A stretch of DNA of 24,069 nucleotides from Catajapyx aquilonaris (GCA_000934665.2 KZ538292.1:62001-86069), one strand, 5' to 3'. Shown: positions 10,998 through 22,751, counted from the first letter of the stretch. Translations and numbers: made by a program. Notes: a model not told the origin generated them from the letters alone.

Positions 10998-11335
10998 CTG
11001 GAATCCCAGCTATTGCCTATATATTTTTAGAAGACATAAGCTAGAGCCAGACTACTACAACAATGTATATGAAAGCGTCCAACGTGTTTTGCTGGAGGAA
11101 AACAACAGGAGGAAAATCCAGTGGAGGAAGACAGGGAGACTAATACACTTGTTGCGACTCCCCTTAGGTTCCCTGGCAGAAACTAATCCTGGGGTCCATT
11201 TCTCTCGGGCCCTCCCCCGGATTGTCCCCCGTCGCACCTGAGCGTGCAAAACCGCTGGCTTGACGTGTGTCCTGTCACACCAACATTTAAACCCGCCCCA
11301 CAACCCCTGCCTGCTGCTGCCTCTGGAATTTTTAC

Positions 11336-11404
11336 CTGGTTTGGGCTGGACGTTTGGGGAAGTGCGGCCTGGAGTGACATCGGACCATGCAGGGCTAAAA
11401 CTTT
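11336..11404 (-). CDS. Candidate coding exon A of an unidentified minus-strand gene (5' boundary uncertain)
   Basis: Acceptor cttgctgcag| (alternatives tgtgtag| at 11418 and ttttag| at 11394) and donor CAG|gtaaaa. It is open in two frames (SFSPAWSDVTPGRTSPNVQPKP or KVLALHGPMSLQAALPQTSSPNQ) and phase-compatible with exon B. I recognise no homology. Confidence 0.2.
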
Positions 11405-14400
11405 CTGCAGCAAGTCCTCTACACACACACCCTGATGGCTCAATCCCACGGGGTGACAGGGTAACTAATCAAGGAGAGGGGGAGGTTGGCATCCGAAAAA
11501 CAAAGTTTTGTTAATGCCTGAGTGCTGCGGGTGTCCATTTTTATGGCAATTTTAATGCCAGCCGACACGTGGCAGCGAAATTTTGGCCCTAATTTTAAAA
11601 ATTTCTATCCAATAAGCGCAACTAATACTTTCAATAACCGCTAACAGTAACAGTTCCCCCCAAAAAATTACGATTGTTAAAAAGCAATAACGTCAATTGT
11701 TGGAGCCAGATATTCCACTCAAATAATGCTTCCGACAAAAGCAACTACTTGTAGTCCCATAATTCGGACCATTTTATAGGACAGTTTTAGCCCGGATGCT
11801 CTTATACGATTGGAAATCCCATTTAAGTCCATTTATGGAGGAAGCAGGACAGTTCTCTCTTAAAGCATGGCCGTACAGGCCCATTAATATTTCCTCCGCT
11901 AATGTGCAGTCATGAGAACACAATTCGGTTGTGCCAATTTTGGCACCGTGGCAGCGAAGCTCTGTGCAAAATTGTAGTGTAGCCCAAAACGCGTTCTACA
12001 CCGGCAAGGACTAAATTAAATGAGCGTACGACGGACACTACACTGTAGGTCCCCTTATGCATTATTTGGATCCTATTATTGTACTGGGCAAGACTGCTGT
12101 TTGAGGAGCAAATTCACGAGCTTGTGTAATTTTAGGCGTCGCGCTTTTTACCAATTATGTGCTGCATATGTTGTGGTGAGAACACACAAAGCCACGTGGT
12201 CTGAGGCGTACAAAGTGCTATACATTTTTTAGATAATAAAACTAGTTTCATAAAATTATTACTGTTGGCTTATACACAGTGCGAATTTGCTACCCACATA
12301 ATTATATGATGCCAACACCTCCCCTGCGCACATTTACCATATCCGTGAGGCACCCATTTCATGCCCTACATATTGCCCACCCCTCCCATCCTCCCCCCTG
12401 CAATAAAATAATCTGCACATCACAAATGTGACGCATTACATTTTATATGTAGCCCCTAATCCCGCATCAGCCAGAGCCCCGGAGTTGGCCTCATGGCACA
12501 CTCGTGACACACAGAGGCCTATGGCACCAAAAACCCAATTTGCAATCTCGATTGACAGTCAGTTCCCCCACTGATAGTTTAATGCATGGTTATCACCCCA
12601 CGCTGCATAACGGTTTTAAATAATTTACCACTCCGCCAATTCCGTCACCGCAACTAATCATTTTTCCCTCCACCGCACCGGGGTACGAAACAGTTTGTGT
12701 ACCTGGGCTAACACATCCGTTGGAGTGAAGGCATCTCGTCAGAAGTGCATTGTTGTCGAATTACGTCGAGGCTTGCACTTACGCTTTTGTAGTATCTCAT
12801 ATCCTCAGGTTTTGATGGCCGACCACTACTCCAGATGATTACGCCGAAACGCAACACCTCTTAGGACACAAGCACAGGAGGCTTGATTACAAATCATGAA
12901 TAATGCATCGGAAATGATTACGCAAAAAGCCACCCTCTCTTAGTTTCCCTAGGAGTACAGAGTGTTTCCAATGCGATATAAACTTGTAACTCGTAATGAC
13001 TCCCCCCCCCCCCCNCCTTTTATTAAATTATATGCCGCTGCTGGTTAAACAGTTTTACAACCCTAGGGTCCGTTGGAAAACTGGGGGAGGGATTCCTCTT
13101 GGGTGGGAAGCGTCAGCAACAGCTGTCAACTCCTCAGAGTTTGCTAGGGTGGGGATCGATCATTGCCTTTGCATGACCGAGATCGGCATTCGGATACGCC
13201 CCCCCTTCATATACATGCTGCAGCAAAACCCACATGTGCTGTATGTGGACACTTTAGAAAAGCAGCAGAGCTGGAAGTAATTTCATCAGGAACATACACT
13301 GTCCTTTTTTAATTTAATTTCTTTGAGGCCAGGTTTATATTTGGAACTGACCTCCATATGCAGGCTGATAAGTCGTAATTTCTCGCTACTGTGCTTTTAG
13401 CAACAAGTAAATAATTTTTTTTCACATTTTTCTTACAGCCATTCCAAGTCCACCTGCAGCATTTTGACACGCCTTTCCATCGTACAACCCCATGCTTAAG
13501 AATTTTTTCTCAAAGCCCACAAAAAAGGCAGGTACCCTATTTATTATCTCCCTCCCAACAACAACTGAATGGCAACAATTAGTGCTGACTGAGGACGGCC
13601 GTTACTAATTCCGCGACATAAATTTCGGAGGTCCTAAAGGACCGGATATCTACCTCAAGGATCTCCCACCCCCCTTAACCATCTGCGACATACACAAAAA
13701 AGCGACATTTTTAAACTTCTCAACCATATGCTTTGCGTTCCCGAAATTTTTTATATATATTTTAAAACCTACTAGCTACCCCCCTTGAGTAAACCGGTGG
13801 CAATAAAGGCCCCCCTCCATTTGAGCTCTTTTGCCCAGAAGCCTGCAGTCGACAGGGTCGAACATGGGCAATAACGCCCCTCATATCCAGTCGTAAACAC
13901 CGAGACTTAATTTCCTACCATACCCCCATCCTCTCCCCACCTCCCCCCATCTTCTCTCTTTACCGCTGGAACTTACTAGGAAAGCTGTCTCTCAATTACG
14001 GGGCGGAGGTTTATCGTTGCTGCGTGGAGCAGACGACATAAATGACACGCTTGTGTCTCGTGTTTCCCAGAGAAACAAGGAGACAGAGACGTTTTGTCTC
14101 TTGTGCCCCCCCAGATGGCGGCCTTATTTATGGAGGAAATGCAACGCAACGTCGCCAAAGTAGCTGGCCTGAAAATTGTTGTCGGCTCGTATCATCTCCT
14201 CACATGTAACGGAGGGGGCTTTAGGAGGGGATCAAGTGGAGACACTTGGCCTAATAGAGCCGCATGTAAAGCCCATGACTTCAATGCGCAACGTGCATCA
14301 ACGACTGCCATCTACTGTCGCCTGTGAGCATGATTGGATTATCCTGAAAGTTAGGCACGACTTGAGACATGGGAGTTTAATAGGATGCAAAGCCAGTCAA

Positions 14401-14409
14401 CTCATAAAA

Positions 14410-14589
14410 ATATGCACTAGATTCATCCATTTTGGAACTTGTAAATTATTTGAAGCAGGTAAATGAATAAGTACACCTGTGCAACTCTCCTGCAGGTGAC
14501 TAATAATTCACTCGGTTGAATATATTCATTTAGGTGAATGAAACTACTGTATTTACCTGCCCAATAATTCATGCACCTAGTGAATATAT
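14410..14589. repeat. Cluster of interleaved inverted repeats
   Basis: GCAGGTAAAT 14456-14465 / ATTTACCTGC 14551-14560; ATATATTCATTTAGGTGAATGAA ~14520-14542 / TTCATGCACCTAGTGAATATAT 14568-14589. Confidence 0.65.
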
Positions 14590-15767
14590 GCAGTGGACTT
14601 GGGAGAGTGCATTACCCTGTGTATGTACGGAAACGCTGCCTTAATTCGTTATTGATTGTTTTCAGCGGCGATGGACCACATGTGGAGTCTGCGAATGCCC
14701 GTTAAGCATAATCTCACAGTGACAGCTTCCGATGAGGGCGGGTGGTAGAGGCAGAAGAGGAAGGAGGGGGAAAAAACGCGTCATTGCTTTTGCTTATTTT
14801 CCCAGATGGGAAGCAATTACCATCAAACTGCATGTTTACAAGCCCAAGCTGGCTCCTAAGCTTCCTTCCTGAAACTCTATTATCCCGAAATAAGATTTAC
14901 GCTACGATAGACAACCCCTAATACAATTACACGTTTCAGACATGCATGGCTGTGCCTGGATACTTCCATCCCACCCCCTCCATCTTCCCTCCTCCCCTCC
15001 TCCCTCCGCCTTCAAGAAAAATGAAAAGTGCCACTCATACACTGCTATACACTCAAAAAGTCTAGATCGAATAATGGAAGAACCGTGTTGCTCAGAATCC
15101 GTAAATATCGTCTCCACCAGCCTATGTCGCATATATTTCCCCCCATAATGTTAGAGAGAGAAAAAAAAATCATTACGCGCGTCGGCCATGTTGTTCCACA
15201 GCCTGTCTTGTGTATAATATATTTGAAGCCAAAATGAGCCACAGGCAGCTTATAACTGGTTGTCTGTTTGTCCAGGGTGAGTAAATCACCCTCTCACGAC
15301 CCTGGGAGTAGTGTACAGAGAGGGAATATTCGCCATCTATGTGAGGGATGGCCTGACTGGGAGACCACTTGACTTCAAACCCACAAAAAAAGTCATTCCC
15401 ACCAACTTCAACTTTAACAAATAATATTGACCCCATATATTTACCTCCCCTGAACTTATAGAGAGAGGGTTGCCCCCCCTTATCCCAGAAATCACGCGTT
15501 CGTGCGCCCCCCGCGGTGATTCCCATTCACCACGTCATTTCCACCGACCGCCAACCCCCTCACCTCCCCCCGAACCCTGTACCACTCCTACGACAATCTT
15601 GGCAACCGAACCCTCTGCCGGGACCTCCCGATGTTTTTCATTTTCCTACCCTCGCTTCCCGTGTTGCGCTAATTTACGCCCGCAACCAGCCCCCCGGACA
15701 AGGACGTCTCATTAACCACCGTGAAGGATGACATGGAATCTCAAAGTTGAGGTGAAAATTATGAGCT

Positions 15768-16386
15768 TGCAGCGTCCCCTTCCGTCCAATCCGCCCCCGC
15801 CTTTTCAGAGTCGCCCTCCCTCCCCGGACTTACTCTGTGTGTGGGAGGATGGCACATCACCCACCTCGCGACGCAATTAGTCCAACATCCATGCGACATT
15901 TTGGAGGAAAAAAAATTATAGGGCGATCCAACTTGGACGAGACACTACTTAATAGCTGCTCTTCAGCAAATGGAAGATATTTTCATGCGAAAGTAACTGC
16001 TATGCTTTGCCTTGTGTGACCAAATATGGCGTCGTAATATTTTTCACCAACTTTCACTAGAGAGCTAACCTTCACAGGGAAGCAAAGAGATAAGTAAAAT
16101 ACATGAATAACAGATAAATATTTATGACCCAAACCTGTAATATTCGACGCGATCCGACGCCATTTTAGTACCACGTAACAGAAATCATAGCAGTTACTTT
16201 AGCTACTAATAAGGAATAACCGTCATTAAGGAGTGTCTCTCTTTGGTTGGACTACATTGTATAAGTTGTATGACGCGTATGGATGGGTTATGCTGACGTC
16301 GCAAAGTTAGTCGGTCGAAATGGCAGGACAATCAGGGGGCGAAGTTGGTATCTCGCAGGAATTAGCGGATTGCGAAAAAGAGCTGC
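15768..16386. mobile_element. Decayed long foldback (inverted-repeat) element, probably an old MITE
   Basis: Collinear reverse-complement blocks surround an axis near 16080-16095: AAAGTAACTGCTATG 15990-16004 / CATAGCAGTTACTTT 16186-16200 (15/15); ATGGCGTCG 16026-16034 / CGACGCCAT 16155-16163; GAGACACTACTTAAT 15939-15953 / ATTAAGGAGTGTCTC 16225-16239 (14/15); CATCCATGCG 15886 / CGTATGGATG to 16285; CAATCCGC 15787-15794 / GCGGATTG 16365-16372. Termini and TSD are not resolved. Confidence 0.7.
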
Positions 16387-17619
16387 CCTGGACTGGTGGC
16401 TGTACAGAAAGACTGATGAAGATTGATGCGGGTGTGGGTGACGACAATAAAAACCTGTGACGTTGTACTAGGAAATCTGTCCTAATGCGATTGCATGACC
16501 TACTTCACACCAAATAAAAGGATCTCCGGCCCCTAGAGCTGTGGTGTTCACACTGGAATTTTGATGCAAAATCTGTACCTTTATTACGTGTGAATTTGTA
16601 AATGTACAGTCTGTTTCCTCAGCTGAACAGACTCTTTAAGGCTGCCATTAACCGTAATCAGAAAGTAGGCCTGCGATACATGTCCTGCCTTTTTCCAGAA
16701 GCCTGCCTTTGACACTCTGATTGTCTCTGCGACTGATAAATTACCCACGGCCAGCCCCCTAGTTAATTGAACTAAGGGGGTCATTTGCACAGCCGGACCC
16801 AAACCACTATTTCTGTTGCTACTCAGTCTTACCAACATTGAGGAACTTCAGTAGGTTGCCACTACTGAAATTCACCAGAGGTGTTTGAACCTCCAGGGAA
16901 CGACCCGGTGTGACCCCCCCGTCACAATTAACACATCACACGCCCTGGCCAATTAAAACTGCAACACCTGAAGACTTCTCCCCCCTCTTCCAGCACATGA
17001 ATGTCGAATCCCACCCCCAAGAGAAACGTGACACCTGGGCAAACATGGCGATGAGAAGGTAAGACATGCACAAGCCCTGCCGAGAGGGGACAGGCTGTAA
17101 GGTAATCAGATAATTAGAAGGGCACACGGGGGAAAACGCCATGGAAAGGACTCCCCGGTTCAGGAAGATTCCAAAACCCCAGAATACGACCCACTAATTC
17201 CCTTCCTCCCCCCAACATTCCCTAAAGAAATTAGAACCCTGGCGGAGGACTAAGATTAATGGGGAAGTAAACAGGGAGCGACTATGCCTTTTTTGAGGCG
17301 ATAGTACTTGTGGTACCAGAAGCCAAACGTAATCAGAGATAGACGAAAAGCCCCTAGAGAGGTTGCTTTAAAAAAAATTGCTTGCTCTTTATTGCTGTTA
17401 TTTTGCACGTTTATTACTTAACCACCGGTGACAGGCTAATAATGAGTCGCAGGCGGACAAACTTGGGGGAATAATAAAAATTCAATCTGCGGACTTCATA
17501 ACAAGGGGCTGCTTGCCAAACATGGCCAAAAGAAATAGGGGGGTCCATTCCTGTCGTGTCTGAACCTCCCCCTCCCCCCCCCCCCAAAAAAAAAAATTCA
17601 TAATGTTCGTCAAATTTAA

Positions 17620-17629
17620 NNNNNNNNNN
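17620..17629. other. Assembly gap (10 N) near poly-C tracts
   Basis: The N run is read directly. Confidence 0.98.
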
Positions 17630-20600
17630 TAGAACCAACCCCCCCCCCCCCCTTTCAGTTTTGAAAAAAATGGCTCATAACCCGTGCAGGGACGTTCATG
17701 TCGTTCAAGATCCTATTAGTCGTCGACACGTGCCTTTGTTGAGAGAGGAAATTGGGCCGTCTTTGATGAGAAATTTTTGCTTCGGTTGCTGGAATAACCT
17801 ATTAGCCGTCTTGCTCGAGGTGTTTTTTTAAAAAAAAGCAGGCGACAACAAAAACAGGGTTACAGAATGAATAATTTGCAATAATATGGCTGCCAACTAC
17901 TTAACTAGTCAGCAAAAACATACTCGATATGAAACTCGTCAGGCCAGCCTAAAGAAGATCTAAAATGTGAAAGTACAGATGTAAATATGAAATATATGAA
18001 TTGCATCAATGTCAGAAAAGCGCTCGTAAAACCAGTATTTCACAGACAGCAATGTACAAAACTGTAGAGTAAAGAGTAAGGTACAGTATATTACTATAAA
18101 ATTCTAACGTGAATTTACGACACACTACTGACATAACAGCATATTAATGTACTGTAGGTAGTACTGTACATACACAGGACATTCATGCTCCTTCATAAGT
18201 ATACTGCACAATTGCTGTCATGTAACCTTTCCACGTACCCCAAGGCTACAAAATACTGTATAATGATACATGCCACACATGCATACCCTTTAATTGCTCA
18301 GATGATTCGCCCTTCTTGTGCAACAATGAATTAGAGGCCCTTATGGCCCATGTTCTTTATCGGCACCCCCCCTACCCCATCCGCCCTCTTTCCCAATTTT
18401 TTGGATTAGCTCGTAATCAACTTACGACCTGGAAAACGGGGTCGCTACATGAAACCCGGTTCAGCTGGAACCGATTATCATTGATTAATTTACATGGTAA
18501 TACAAGCACTTGATTGTTCAAAGTCGGCCCTCCCTCCCATTCAAAGTGATGCATTTAAATAGGATGATTTTAGGTAGGCCAAATTGCGTTTTTACCCATA
18601 GCGTCGGTTATGTAACATCTTTTTTGAACTCTCTTTTGATCCAGCCTTAAACGAGTGCAAACATTTTTGATTTACCACTATCCCCGCCCAAGTGGTTCTA
18701 ACCGGCCTATCCTCCAACAATGTAAGGAAACTAACAGCCCTCCTTGGCTGATGAAACAACAGGCAATCGAAGATAATGGGACGATATATCCAAAGGGCGC
18801 CCCCTTTCTCTTTTCACGAAGCACCAACAACGGTATGAAGAAAAATCCGTCCACTCTTTTTCCCCTTCTTGAGAAACCTGGAGGAAGCAGAGTGCTGTAA
18901 TTTGTCCTCGTCAACCCCTCCCCAAACAAAAATGCGAGGAGTTTGTGTGCAAAAAAATATATATCTCGTATATATATCCCTGAAGAGGGAGGGTTCGAGT
19001 GCTTTTGCGGGGATCAACGACAGAGTACTCTCTTTTTTGTTGTTGGACGGTGGCATCGTCTCTGTCTGTCCAGTTTGAGTGTCCGGTACACACACAAAAA
19101 AAAAAAGATAGATATGGATGGCATTTTTCAGCAAAGGTTGCCACCACCTAGTTGGGAAAAGTTGCAAGAAAGTACATTTGAAAGAGAGTGCACATGGTGA
19201 TTGTGCTAGTAATTTTGGTAAAAGAAGAGTTGCGCTTTTATGATAAATTGTGCTGAAATGTGGCAACATCTCAGCCATTAACTGTTCTGTAACAGCTTTC
19301 GTAACTGTAATGACGGGCTTAAGTGAAAAGTACAGTCAATACCTAAGGACCGACATTTCTCACCATTGTTGGCAACCGGATGTCCCACTAGCAATCTGCA
19401 ATAATTTTAACAAAAAAAAAATGCAAAGTCAGACCAATTTGGAAAACAATAGTTGAAACCCCCATTATTTTCCCTCCTTCCCATAAACGTCCACTACTTT
19501 TCCCTAGACCTACAAACTGACCACCGATCCAATCAAGAACTGGGCGGACACTCCTCTAGAATACTCGAAAACGATGGGAAAAATGACACATGTCCGAAGA
19601 CACGCACAAAGGGTAGGCGGGCTTGTGATGATTGGGAAGGACTTACCCTCAACCTCTCCTAACAAAAAAAAGAAAGGTCCGAAGTTTTGGGTGCGACGTA
19701 ATGTGTCCCCCAGAATAAATGGGACGCCCTGGAAGATCCCCATTGACCACCTTTTATTTGGGGTCGTTTGCTTTAAGTGGGCCTGCCGGACGAGGGAAAA
19801 TGACTTGCTGATGGAGACCTTACCTAGCTGCTTTGTCGTTAAGTGGAGAGCAAATAGCCTCCACGGGCCAGGGAGGGGGGTAACGGGAGGACTAGAGGAC
19901 ATAAACTGGGAGCCATATGTGGCGGAAGACAGCAGGAGAAAATTACCATTTAGCCTCGGGGTCCAACATGGCCACTGTGCGCACCCAACTCCCACCAAAA
20001 AAAAGAGAGGGTCGTGCGTTTTTTTTTTGTTTCATCATAGTTTTTCCCAGCTAAAATTTTACGATCGGGAGCCATGTTCTTTAATAGGCGGTTAAACGCG
20101 GGTATGGTCGTGAGGTAAGGTAAATTAGACGTTTAGAAAGTAATTATTATGAAGTATTTCTGCTGCTGTAAATGCCAGTTTCGTCACTAGAGTCGTGAAA
20201 GTGCAGCCTAGCAAAGTATGTAATTATTTTAAATAAAACGAACGACGAGAGGTTGTCATCATATCTTAAACTTACGAGACTCGCCCATTGTGCTACCATT
20301 CTAAATTCCAAAGAAAATATCACGGCGAATATTTTCACATAATCGAAGATTTATGTGCTGCCTAAGGTACTACAAATTAGCATAAAATCATCGGTGCATG
20401 GATATGTCGACAGCAACTTACGCAAAATAATATCGCATCATTTTTTTACATTTTATTTTCATTGCCCCATTTGAGGGCGGATTTTAGAGGGAAATATCAC
20501 ATCATATAAAAATGCCACTTATTTGGCATATCACGCTATTATTGTTAACGTTGTTATTATTATATGGGTAGAAAACTAGGTCATGCCATGTGCATGAATT

Positions 20601-22630
20601 CATTTGCATTAATGTAGCTTTAATCATGCAAAAATAACATAGTTTCAACATATAGTTCATATACCGAACCAAAACTATACAACAGTTTGGAAAGAGCCGC
20701 TCTGAAAAATATAACGGCTATTCTAACGTTCAAACTGGAACAAAAATCAGTGATGATGCAACAGCAAGGCGGTTACAGTTCCATCAAAGCTGCCCGAAGT
20801 TGCTAACCAGACACCAGTTACAGTGTTCTGTTACACACCGGGTAATTGCCCTCGACATTTTTGTCCGTTTCAAGTCCAAATTCCACGTAACTTGAGCCTT
20901 GAACCGCACATTCACCTGTCCTACACCTGCCATAACCTTACCCAACTTTGACGCCCGACTCGCATTCACACTGTCGCTTTTTATATACATAAAAAAGCTG
21001 AAAACACGCTACTCCAGATCGCTCTCTCTGAACACCATCTTCCATAAAAAACCAAGCCTAAATGGACGTATCGCAGGAAGCCAAGTCCAGCCCTTTGAAG
21101 CACCGTAATGGAGTGAATAATAAAGTTGTCGACTAGGCAACCGCGTCAAAAAAACCGACTTTGACACGACTCCCACGCTTTTCCCCCCTCCTCTCCACAT
21201 ATCCATCCCGACCCTCCACAAAAAAAAAACCTCACAAAGATTGCACATTGCCCAGCTTATGCATATGCACGAGCAATTTCCCCCCAGTCTTCATTCCTGA
21301 CACTCCCAACATGCAGGGGGAATGTTCAAGTCACTAAAAATGTACACACGTGACATTTTTGCACTGCCAGACTAGGTTAAAAAATTTCTGGGTTCAGCCC
21401 ATAAAAAGTGAGTTACTTTGTGCGTTAGAGCACCTGTGATCTTCATCTGGTCACTCAGGGGCTGGAGGCGAAAAGTTTTGGGACAAATTAGAGTACATTT
21501 GGGAGGTAATTTTTATTTTATTTTTTTAGCGACGCCGACGCGACTAACTAGGCTGACGTTAGTAAAGTTACTGAATTTTTTTTGAACTGCGGGTCGCCAA
21601 CACAAATATTTCGTAATTACTGTAACCCCTGCTGGGTTCCAGAAAATGCAGGCTTGTAATTCCAGACGTCCTTTTTATATTCAGATTAATTAGGCTAATT
21701 GCTGCTTCTGTTTCAACATAAGACTATTTTCTATTGCAAAATATGTCATTTTGCTTAGATGCTCCACAAAATGCTGCACAGCAATCGGCAGCATCGTTTT
21801 TGTATTTTCTTGGAAGAGAAACTCTCTGACTACAAGTTAGCATATTGTTCCAGCAGCGCTATACACCTCATGCTGCATACAAAACACCACATTTTCACAA
21901 AACGTGGTCTATTTCAGTTCCGAAAAAAAAAACCATTGTTGGAGAACTCTAACCCACGAAAACAAGAAACTTCCTAATCCGGATTCTCCCGTCAAGAGCT
22001 AATATTATGCCGTTATACGTCCATAGCAGTTAAAACCCTCAGCAATAACCACACTTTTCCTCTCCTCTTTTTTGTTAAAAATAAAAATATTAAAACCCCC
22101 CCTCTGGTTGTCGTGTTTATCCCTCATGTTGCTATATACACACAAGGGCCATAGAGTGCATAAGCAGCTTACTATAAGTGCTGGCAAGGGTAGGATTTTC
22201 TCCGGTAAATGAGTCGTAGTGCGTTAGTTTGAAGATGAAGGCCCACGGTTTGCTCTTAGACTTATTAATCCAGCTCGCTGAACCGAAACCCGGTTTTCCA
22301 CAACGAACAGCATAATACTGGGGGTTGTTTTTGGGGGGTGGTTTTGATTCCCATCAAGAAAGGACCTCCTGCGACTTGGCGGTGCGTCGAACCACGTCGC
22401 CATTAACATACAACCCCATTAATCTCGCTTTCCCCCCCCCCCCCTCTCTAACCCTTGGGTTTTACAGTAAACGGCCGGGGTCCAAGATGAACAATGCAAC
22501 TCCGGGTCATAACCCAAAATGCCTTCTAAATCAAAAGGCATAATCTGGATGCCATTAAATTTTGGGTCTCATCAGGGCAGCTGCCGGCGATAAACTTTCC
22601 TTAACCCGAAAAGTCATGGTCATAGAGCCA

Positions 22631-22751
22631 GCAGGATCTTGGCTCCGGATTTTGGAGAGAGAGAGAGGGGGGGGGGAGGAATAAAACGGCGTCAATCGCA
22701 GGACTTGGCTGGCACGGGCCAAAATCTGTGCAAAATCTGGCAGACTTGGCT
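22631..22751. repeat. Three degenerate copies of GCAG(G)A(T)CTTGGCT with an AAAATCTG doublet
   Basis: GCAGGATCTTGGCT (22631), GCAGGACTTGGCT (22698) and GCAGACTTGGCT (22740); GGATTTTGG (22647) is inverted relative to CCAAAATCT (22719). Confidence 0.5.

Noticed and set aside
11568..11958. 12-bp direct repeat CGTGGCAGCGAA at 11568 and 11947 as a possible TSD
   Set aside because: One such pair within ~400 bp is near chance expectation for 24 kb, and no poly(A) tail or TIR adjoins the repeats.
12478..12570. A-box-like TGGCCTCATGG suggesting a tRNA or tRNA-derived SINE
   Set aside because: There is no GTTCRA B-box and no cloverleaf.
14114..14170. DGGLIYGGNATQRRQSSWP, resembling a trypsin-like protease N-terminus
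   Set aside because: No downstream CGG, AAHC or GDSGG motifs were found in any candidate exon; likely chance.
15274..15292. ttgtccag|G|gtgagt as a 1-nt exon
   Set aside because: It would shift frame and has no support. The motif is also explained by the small palindrome AGGGTGA-GTAAA-TCACCCT.
17560..17710. Similar GAACC-polyC-polyA-TCATAA pattern on both sides of the 10-N gap
   Set aside because: The similarity is mostly low-complexity and may reflect an assembly overlap; it cannot be interpreted without reads.
19510..20095. Overlapping 162-aa and 173-aa ORFs on opposite strands
   Set aside because: They cross A/T homopolymers (KKKK and FFF runs), use non-ATG starts and show no recognisable domain.
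20780..21110. Coding-looking stretch (e.g. VAFYIHKK, reminiscent of a LINE endonuclease)
   Set aside because: All frames are interrupted and no second conserved motif supports the match.
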